IMG/VR virus record: IMGVR_UViG_3300047441_000014
Coordinates: 1-42,665 of that record
Direction: 5' to 3' (one strand)
Length of the DNA stretch: 42,665 bases
Origin: a virus
Position numbers and translations under genes: made by a program. Shown here piece by piece: positions 36,662-42,665 of this stretch; within the stretch, counting starts at the first letter, position 1, and every line of letters begins with the position of its first letter. Below the pieces are notes generated by a model. The model ran no database searches. It was not told where the DNA came from and worked only from the letters and a program-made list of their open reading frames with translations.

Positions 36662-37148
36662 CCCCCTCGCCCACCTGTACGCCGACCTCGGCATGGACGA
36701 CCCGCCCCCGCCCGTGGCCACGTCCCTCGAAGCGCTCACCGAGGAGACGGGCGGCGAAGAGACGCTCTCCGACCACGACCTCGACGAACTCACGCTCATC
36801 GTCGCGACCCGCATCGTCGCCGGGAAGTGGTCGTGGACCAGTCGACAGGTCGAAGAGCTGGGCCTGGGAAAGATCGTCCTCGATGGCGGCCTACCCCTCA
36901 TGGGTGGAGGCTACGGGCCCGACAGCCTCCGGTTCGTCCCCAACGCCGCTGGCGTCGAGGTTGTCCGCAGGCTTCACGTGGGGAGCTTCTCCCTCCTCCC
37001 CTCCCCTGCTGGCCGCCCCACCCTCCACGCCGTCATCAAGCGGTGCCTCATGGAGATCGAGCCCCAAGAGTGCGGCGTCGACTCCAAGGTGCGCCACATC
37101 GTCCACGCCATCCGCCGGTGGTTCCCCGATGGGCGCTTCGACGTATGA
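36654..37148 (+). CDS. Hypothetical protein (164 aa), acidic N-terminus
   Basis: ATG 36654 overlaps the upstream end by 8 nt. No motif. Confidence 0.55.
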   Translation: MSDPLAHLYADLGMDDPPPPVATSLEALTEETGGEETLSDHDLDELTLIVATRIVAGKWSWTSRQVEELGLGKIVLDGGLPLMGGGYGPDSLRFVPNAAGVEVVRRLHVGSFSLLPSPAGRPTLHAVIKRCLMEIEPQECGVDSKVRHIVHAIRRWFPDGRFDV

Positions 37149-37354
37149 ACGGCTACGAGCGCCGCAAGCTCCGGGCCCTTGCCGCCACGGCCAGCGAGGA
37201 AAGAGAACGGGCCGAGATGCGGGCGCTGTATGAAAGGCTCCGAGGCGTGGCCGGGATGCTTGCCGTCGGGTTCGGCGCGGTTGTCCCCGCGGCAACCAAG
37301 ACGACGGCTTCGCTCCGGGCGCTGGGCGAGGCCCTCGACTCACCGACGCCATGA
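37145..37354 (+). CDS. Small hypothetical protein (69 aa)
   Basis: ATGA-coupled ATG 37145. Helical; hydrophobic MLAVGFGAVVPAA segment. Confidence 0.5.
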   Translation: MNGYERRKLRALAATASEERERAEMRALYERLRGVAGMLAVGFGAVVPAATKTTASLRALGEALDSPTP

Positions 37355-37671
37355 GCCACAAGACCGCCGGCCCCCGCACGTTCATGGACGGTGGCGCGAC
37401 GTGGCGCGACGATGCCGCCTGCCAGACGATCGCCACGGACCTCTTCTTCCCCTCGCTCGCCTGGGCCGGCCACGTGAGCCGCCCCGGCCACGGTCACGGG
37501 CCCGTCGCCGACGCTCAGTTGGCCGCGGCCAAGGCCGTCTGCCAGACCTGCCCCGTCCGTGACGAGTGCCTCGCCTACGCCATCGACAACAACGAGCCCG
37601 AGGGCGTGTGGGGCGGCACCGACCCGATCGACCGCGTGGCCATCCGCAAGGCCCGCCGGATGGCGTCGTGA
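37351..37671 (+). CDS. whiB: WhiB-like Fe-S transcriptional regulator
   Basis: Four Cys in WhiB spacing (C...C-x2-C-x5-C: AVCQTCPVRDEC) followed by GVWGG and a basic tail. The Cys1-Cys2 spacer is unusually long (39 aa, His/Gly-rich). Confidence 0.8.
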   Translation: MSHKTAGPRTFMDGGATWRDDAACQTIATDLFFPSLAWAGHVSRPGHGHGPVADAQLAAAKAVCQTCPVRDECLAYAIDNNEPEGVWGGTDPIDRVAIRKARRMAS

Positions 37672-37898
37672 CGGACGGGTCGAAGGTGAGGGTCGGGTTC
37701 TGGTGGGTGATGCCAGAGAACACCCGTATATCCGAGTCCGTAGCTGCCTCCCTCATCGGGCAGACTGGACCGGTCAATTCCCAGGGTGTGCACATGGGCG
37801 AAATGGTTGTCGTCGATGCGCAACTGCCCACGGATGGCGAACTGGCCGACAAGGTTTGGCTCATCGGCGAGATTGTGGGAACGCTGCCAGATCCCTGA
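37668..37898 (+). CDS. Small hypothetical protein (76 aa)
   Basis: GTGA-coupled GTG 37668. Locally lower-GC codons. No motif. Confidence 0.45.
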   Translation: MTDGSKVRVGFWWVMPENTRISESVAASLIGQTGPVNSQGVHMGEMVVVDAQLPTDGELADKVWLIGEIVGTLPDP

Positions 37899-37937
37899 TC
37901 CATCTCGTCGCGCCGGTCGCGGCGTAGCCTGACGGTC

Positions 37938-38162
37938 ATGCTCGCATGGCGCCGGACGGCGCTCAACCGACGGGTGCTCGTCAACCTCAAGACGGACAAG
38001 GCCGTGCGCGGCGTGCTAGTCGCCCAACGCGGTCCGATCCTGATCCTCAAGGACGCCGAGCTGTTGGAGGCGGGCCGCGACCCGGTGCGCCTCGACGGCG
38101 ACGTGATCATCGAGCGGTCCAACATGGACTTCGCCCAGGCCCTCACCTCACCCGAGGGCTGA
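37938..38162 (+). CDS. Small beta-rich hypothetical protein (74 aa)
   Basis: ATG ORF immediately upstream of the portal. VLVNLKTDKAVRGVLVAQRGPILILKDAELL... No assigned family. Confidence 0.55.
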   Translation: MLAWRRTALNRRVLVNLKTDKAVRGVLVAQRGPILILKDAELLEAGRDPVRLDGDVIIERSNMDFAQALTSPEG

Positions 38163-38164
38163 GG

Positions 38165-40207
38165 GTGGCGATCGTCGAGTCGTCCGGCGCTCTGCTTTCC
38201 ACGCACCGCGAGAGCCTGCGCCCGTCGATTCATCGCTCGATCGAGCTGTACTCCGGCCGGGCCCAGGACTACGCCGAACTGTACCGGCTACAGCCGAACC
38301 TCCGACTCGTCATCCGCTTCCTCGCCCGCAACATCGCCCAACTCGGGCTCAAGCCCTACCGCCGGATCTCGGCCACCGAGCGCGAGGAGCTTGACCCCCG
38401 CCATCCCCTACGTGCGTTCCTGCGCAACCCGACGCCGGCCCTGCCCCGCCCGACATCCCGTCACGCGTGGATCCGCTCTGCCGTCGAGGACTTGGCCCTG
38501 TACGACTCGCTCTACGTGCTCAAGCAGCGCAACGAGGCCTCGGGCGAGCTGAACGGGATCCGCATCCCGCCGACGATGATCGGCCCCGCCGGCGAATCCT
38601 GGCTCTGGCCGGACTACTTCCTGACCACGGGCAACGGCACGCCCCGGCGCTACGAGAACGACGCCGTCATGTACATGCACGGCCACAACCCGGCCGACCC
38701 CCGCCTGGGCTCGCCGCCCGCCGAGTCCCTCCGGCGCATCCTGGCCGAGGAGGTCGCCTCGGGCGAGTGGCGGGAGCAGTACTGGCGGGGAGCGGCGCGC
38801 ATCCCCGGTGTGATCACGCGGCCAGTAGAGGCGCCGAAGTGGTCGGACACCGCCCGCAACCGATGGGTGTCGGACTGGCAGGCGGCCTACTCGGGCAACG
38901 GGGCCAGGGCCGGTGAGACCCCCGTCCTCGAAGAGGGCATGGAGTTCAAGAACACAGCGTTTTCAGCCAAGGAGTCGGAGTACCTGGGCGCCCGCCGCCT
39001 CACCCGCGAAGAGACGGCCGCCGCCTACTTCATCCCGCCGGTGTTCGTCGGCATCCTCGAGTTCGCCAACTTCTCGAACATCAACGAGCAGCACAAGAGC
39101 CTCTACTCGGACACGCTCGGGCCGTGGCTCGACTGGCTCACCGAGGAGATGGAGCTTCAGCTCGTCCCCGAGTTCTCCGACGTCGAGGACGTCTACCTTG
39201 AGTTCAACATCCGCGAGAAGCTCCGCGGCCGGTTCGAGGAGGAGGCGTCCGCCACGCAGACGGCGACCGGCGCCCCGTGGCTCACCCGCAACGAGGCCCG
39301 GGCCCTGTCCAACCTGCCCCGCGTCGACGGTGGCGACGACCTGGTGGTCCCGCTCAACGTGCTCGTCGGCGGCCAGGCCTCCCCCACCGATTCGGCCCCC
39401 CCGACCGGCGCCCTGTCGAGGGTGACGGGAAAGAAGGCCCGCAACGGAGCGATGCCCCACTACCTCGTCGGGTGGGAGACGCAACATCGCAACGTCGTGT
39501 CCCGGTTCTTCGGCCGCCAGCGTGACTCCCTCCTCTCCAAGCTCGGCGCCGGCCACGACCTCGCGTCGGCCTTCGACGCCAACCGGTGGAACGACGAGCT
39601 ACGCAACGACCTGTTCGGGCTGGCCCTGTCGATGTCGGCCGAGGTCGGCGGCGCCGTGGCGTCGGACTTCGGCGCGGAGTTCGACTCCGCTCGGACCGAG
39701 GCCTGGCTCGGCCAGAACGCACGCATCGCGGCCGAGGGGATCAACGCAGCCACCCTGGCCGAACTGACCGCGGCCACCACCGGTGTACCGCGAACGGGCA
39801 CCGCCCGCCGCCGGGGCCGGTGCGCCGTCATCGACGACGCCCTCGCCGAACTCGGGCTCGACCTGGCCGAGGACGACACCGAGGACGACCCGGTGAGCGG
39901 CTCGGCCCTCCTCGACCCCGTCCGCGACGTGTTCACCGCCGCCATCGGCGTGCGCTCACTCGTCATCGCCGCCAGCCGGGCGACGAGCGTCGGCCAGTGG
40001 TCGCGCCGCGAAGGGGCCAGCCAGGCGGGGGCCCGCCAGAAGGTGTGGGTATCGTCCGGCGCGTCCAACTCCCGCCACGGTGACCTCGACGGCGAGACGG
40101 TCGGCCTAGGCGAGGCCTTCAGCAACGGCGGCCAGTACCCGGGCGATCCCGCTCTCGGCGTCGACGAGACAGCGAACTGCCTCTGTAGCCTCGACTTCAC
40201 GAACTAG
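38165..40207 (+). CDS. Portal protein (HK97-type) fused to a MuF/SPP1 gp7-like minor head domain
   Basis: GTG 38165. The N-terminal about 420 aa have portal motifs (…DSLYVLKQRN…, …LTREETAAAYFIPPVFVGI…, …APWLTRNEARALSNLP…). The C-terminal about 250 aa end KVWVSSGASNSRHGDLDGETVGLGEAFSNGGQYPGDP...ANCLCSL, typical of Phage_Mu_F. Confidence 0.85.
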   Translation: MAIVESSGALLSTHRESLRPSIHRSIELYSGRAQDYAELYRLQPNLRLVIRFLARNIAQLGLKPYRRISATEREELDPRHPLRAFLRNPTPALPRPTSRHAWIRSAVEDLALYDSLYVLKQRNEASGELNGIRIPPTMIGPAGESWLWPDYFLTTGNGTPRRYENDAVMYMHGHNPADPRLGSPPAESLRRILAEEVASGEWREQYWRGAARIPGVITRPVEAPKWSDTARNRWVSDWQAAYSGNGARAGETPVLEEGMEFKNTAFSAKESEYLGARRLTREETAAAYFIPPVFVGILEFANFSNINEQHKSLYSDTLGPWLDWLTEEMELQLVPEFSDVEDVYLEFNIREKLRGRFEEEASATQTATGAPWLTRNEARALSNLPRVDGGDDLVVPLNVLVGGQASPTDSAPPTGALSRVTGKKARNGAMPHYLVGWETQHRNVVSRFFGRQRDSLLSKLGAGHDLASAFDANRWNDELRNDLFGLALSMSAEVGGAVASDFGAEFDSARTEAWLGQNARIAAEGINAATLAELTAATTGVPRTGTARRRGRCAVIDDALAELGLDLAEDDTEDDPVSGSALLDPVRDVFTAAIGVRSLVIAASRATSVGQWSRREGASQAGARQKVWVSSGASNSRHGDLDGETVGLGEAFSNGGQYPGDPALGVDETANCLCSLDFTN

Positions 40208-40218
40208 GAGGACCCAAA

Positions 40219-40392
40219 ATGCCAACCATCGAGAGCGAAGCCGTCGAAAGGGATGCCGCCGAGAAACTGAGTCACGCCATCCTCCAGGCGGTTGTTGACT
40301 TCGCCAACATCTCGAAGCCCTACTACGAAACCCACGCGGCGCTCGCCGCGAAGATTCGGCGCTTCGTAGACCGAATCCGAGCAGGAGTGTGA
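40219..40392 (+). CDS. Small hypothetical helical protein (57 aa)
   Basis: ATG 40219 has AGGAGG (40206-11) upstream. Lower-GC codons. Below the ORF-track cut-off. Confidence 0.55.
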   Translation: MPTIESEAVERDAAEKLSHAILQAVVDFANISKPYYETHAALAAKIRRFVDRIRAGV

Positions 40393-40394
40393 CG

Positions 40395-41558
40395 ATGAAG
40401 ACAGCGATCCGTAAGGGCCATCTGACGGCCAAGGCGTACGGGCTCAAGGCCGTGGACGGAGAGCCGGGCGTGCACGAGGCCATCGTCTCCGTGTTCGGAA
40501 ACATCGACTACGCCGGCGACCGGGTTCAGCTCGGCGCCTTCACCGACACCCTGGCCGCGTGGAAGTCGTCGGGCGACCCCATCCCGGTCGTGTTCTCCCA
40601 CCAGTGGGACACCCTGGCTGCCCACATCGGTGAGGTGCTCGACGCCAAGGAACTGGCCCCCGGCGACCCGATGCTCCCGCCTGAGCTCGCGGCGAACGGC
40701 GGCCTCTGGACACGGTTCAAGCTCGACCTCGGCGACCCGATGACCTACGCCGACACGGTCGACCGGCTCCTCACCGGCCGCCGCCTGAAGGAGTTCTCCT
40801 TCGCCTACGACGTGATCGCCGAGGCCAAGGCCACCGACGGCGCCAACGACCTCACCACGCTCGACCTCATCGAGGTCGGCCCCACGCTCAAGGGCATGAA
40901 CCCCTCGACGCAATTGCTCAAGGCGTTCGGGATGGAGGCGGATGCCTTCGGCGGCGGGCTCATGGCGCTCATCGCGGCCGGGGCCAAGACCGTCGCCCAC
41001 GCCTTCGCGCCGGGCGATGACGACCCGACGCGCTGCGTCCTGTGCAACCTGACCCGCAACACCGTGGCCCACAACGCCAACGCCACCACCGCGTCGACCA
41101 AGGCCCACGTGCAGGTCGACTTCGAGGGCGCCATCGAGACGGAGTTGGAGGCCATCTACGTGGCCGGGGTCACATGGGCCCGGGGCCTCGACGTCGGCGA
41201 GGGCGGCTTCTACGCCCTCCACCAGGAGGCGACCTACCCCGCCGACCTGCGCGCCATCGTCCAGGTCGAGGGCTGGGAGGACGGCTACGGCGAGGGCACG
41301 TTCTACGAGCTGAGCTTCGAGCGCGCCGACGATGGAACTCTCACCGTCAAGGACGCAGCCGAGATCGAGGTGAGCGTCACGCTGGCCCGCAAGATGCGGT
41401 CCATGAAGCACCGCGCCTCGGGCGGTATCGTCATGGCCAAAGAACCGCCGAGCGGCAAGTCGGGGGCGTCGGGGACGCCGAAGACGAGGACCGGGTCGGA
41501 GGGGACCGGGGGCGACCCCCTGCTGGCAGAGCTGGAGCTGTTCAAGGCTCTGGCCTGA
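40395..41558 (+). CDS. Prohead protease (HK97/S78 family) with about 190-aa C-terminal extension
   Basis: ATG 40395 after GCAGGAG. VFGNIDYAGDRVQLGAFTDTL, PVVFSHQWD and LKEFSFAYDV match the S78 layout. The extension contains CVLCN and ends DPLLAELELFKALA. Confidence 0.8.
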   Translation: MKTAIRKGHLTAKAYGLKAVDGEPGVHEAIVSVFGNIDYAGDRVQLGAFTDTLAAWKSSGDPIPVVFSHQWDTLAAHIGEVLDAKELAPGDPMLPPELAANGGLWTRFKLDLGDPMTYADTVDRLLTGRRLKEFSFAYDVIAEAKATDGANDLTTLDLIEVGPTLKGMNPSTQLLKAFGMEADAFGGGLMALIAAGAKTVAHAFAPGDDDPTRCVLCNLTRNTVAHNANATTASTKAHVQVDFEGAIETELEAIYVAGVTWARGLDVGEGGFYALHQEATYPADLRAIVQVEGWEDGYGEGTFYELSFERADDGTLTVKDAAEIEVSVTLARKMRSMKHRASGGIVMAKEPPSGKSGASGTPKTRTGSEGTGGDPLLAELELFKALA

Positions 41559-41585
41559 TCCCACTCGACAAAAAGGACCCGACCC

Positions 41586-42665
41586 ATGAAGCAGACGAAG
41601 TCCGACCTCCACGCCGAGATGATGGCCGCGGTCGCCGCAGGCGGCGCCATCGCCACCAAGGCCGACGGCGAAGGCCGCGACCTGACCCCCGAAGAGCGCC
41701 AGGACATCACGACCGAGCTGGAGAAGGCCCGGGCGGCGAAGTCCGCCATCCTCGCCCTCGACGGCGACACCGCCCTGCGCGACGAGTTGAACGTGCTCGG
41801 CCGCCCCGTCGGTGAGTTGGCCAAGGGCGGCGGCCACCAGCCCGGCTCGGGCCTGACGCTCGGCACCAAGTTCACCGACGCCCCCGAGTTCAAGAACTGG
41901 CTGTCCAGCCTCTCCGGCGGCTCCGGGCGCATCCCCGAGTCGGCCAAGGGCCTGCACTCCCCGGCCATCGCCTTCGGCATGAAGGATCTCGTGACCGGCC
42001 TGTCCCCGACCTCGGCCGGCGCGCTGGTGACCAACGACTGGCGGGGCCTGCTCGACGGCCTGTCGCAGTTCCAGCGGCCGCTCACGATCATGGACCTGAT
42101 CACCCGCGGCAACACCACGTCGGACACCGTCGAGTACGCCCGGGTGACCGGCTTCACCAACAACGCCGCGCCGGTGCCCGAGGCCACCACCGCCGGGACC
42201 ATCCCGAGCCCGGACGCGTCCAACACCGCGGGCCTCAAGCCGCAGTCGGGCCTCGCCCTGGAGAAGGTCACCGCCGTCGTCAAGACGATCGCCCACTGGC
42301 TCCCCGCCACCAAGCGGGCCCTGTCGGACGCCGCTCAGATCCGGACCCTCATCGACCAGTTCCTCCGCTACGGACTGGACGAGGAGATGGAAGACCAGGT
42401 CATGGTCGGCGACGACGTCGGGGAGAACTTCCCGGGCATCCTCAACACGTCCGGCACCCAGGCCATGCCGTGGGATACCGACCTGCTCACCACCACCCGC
42501 AAGGCGCGGACCCTGGTCCGCACCGTCGGGCGGGCCCGCCCGACCGCCTTCGTGTTCAACCCGGTCGACAACGAGCGGATCGACCTGCTCAAGAACAACA
42601 ACCTCGACTTCTACTTCGGCGGCCCCACGTCCAACCCGAGCGCTCCCCTGTGGGGCCTGCCCCGG
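41586..42665 (+). CDS. Major capsid protein (HK97 fold) with N-terminal coiled-coil delta domain; open at the window end, continues at 1..343 (431 aa in total)
   Basis: ATG 41586. No stop before the window end (which is why it is absent from the ORF track). The N-terminal about 70 aa are helical/charged (ERQDITTELEKARAAKSAILALDGDTALRDEL). The body contains TIAHWLPATKRALSDA and similar HK97-like blocks. Confidence 0.9.
   Translation, partial: MKQTKSDLHAEMMAAVAAGGAIATKADGEGRDLTPEERQDITTELEKARAAKSAILALDGDTALRDELNVLGRPVGELAKGGGHQPGSGLTLGTKFTDAPEFKNWLSSLSGGSGRIPESAKGLHSPAIAFGMKDLVTGLSPTSAGALVTNDWRGLLDGLSQFQRPLTIMDLITRGNTTSDTVEYARVTGFTNNAAPVPEATTAGTIPSPDASNTAGLKPQSGLALEKVTAVVKTIAHWLPATKRALSDAAQIRTLIDQFLRYGLDEEMEDQVMVGDDVGENFPGILNTSGTQAMPWDTDLLTTTRKARTLVRTVGRARPTAFVFNPVDNERIDLLKNNNLDFYFGGPTSNPSAPLWGLPR
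42539..42665. repeat. Terminal overlap copy 2, identical to 1..127
   Basis: See copy 1. Confidence 0.97.

Noticed and set aside
40323-42296. 657-aa minus-strand ORF, and similar long antisense ORFs (e.g. 9109-10431, 4285-5289, 21426-22547, 33320-34426, 3377-4111, 73-735)
   Set aside because: They lie opposite well-supported + strand genes (protease, capsid, fibre, terS and others). Their translations are Arg/Gly/Pro/Ala-rich low-complexity sequence without motifs. This is the usual stop-codon-poor shadow frame of high-GC DNA.
1-42665. Lysogeny functions (integrase, excisionase, attP, ParAB), searched for because of the antisense regulator-like genes
   Set aside because: No ORF shows tyrosine- or serine-recombinase or partition ATPase motifs. 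The minus-strand genes are therefore not called an immunity/integration module.

Overview
The window is a complete, circularly closed, high-G+C tailed-phage (siphovirus-type) genome. Bases 1-127 are identical to 42539-42665, so the unit length is 42,538 bp, and the HK97-type major capsid gene (41586 -> 343) runs across the junction. About 70 tightly packed genes lie almost entirely on the + strand, and most junctions are ATGA/GTGA start-stop overlaps.

Late operon (32422 -> around the circle -> 20375):
- HNH endonuclease, small Zn-ribbon genes, P27-type small terminase, an unknown gene, large terminase
- six small genes including a WhiB-like regulator, a portal fused to a MuF-like domain, prohead protease with a long C-terminal extension, capsid
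- a glycosyltransferase cassette
- head-tail connector genes interrupted by a 998-aa beta-helix/glycine-rich fibre
- two paralogous tail-tube genes separated by a second fibre gene
- G/G-T chaperones, a 751-aa tape measure, Dit, Tal-like protein, collar-domain fibre
- a lysis cassette with the peptidase and the PG-binding domain as separate ORFs, followed by five membrane proteins

Early operon (20661-31606): HTH protein, PD-(D/E)XK exonuclease + RecT, RuvC-like resolvase, Ead/Ea22-like protein, Gp37/Gp68, a DnaB-N/RepA-like protein with a degenerate P-loop, and an SPPY-type DNA methyltransferase.

Only three minus-strand genes are convincing, and they sit exactly at the two operon boundaries. 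I found no integrase, partition genes, tRNA, rRNA or CRISPR. An actinobacterial host is inferred from the WhiB gene, the glycine-rich minor tail domain, frequent GTG starts and the base composition.

Most notable:
- the duplicated tail-tube/fibre module, plus a relic tail-tube fragment elsewhere
- the capsid-adjacent glycosylation cassette
- the antisense two-gene cassette with a palindromic operator-like site
- several compositionally foreign (lower-GC) patches inside structural and methylase genes
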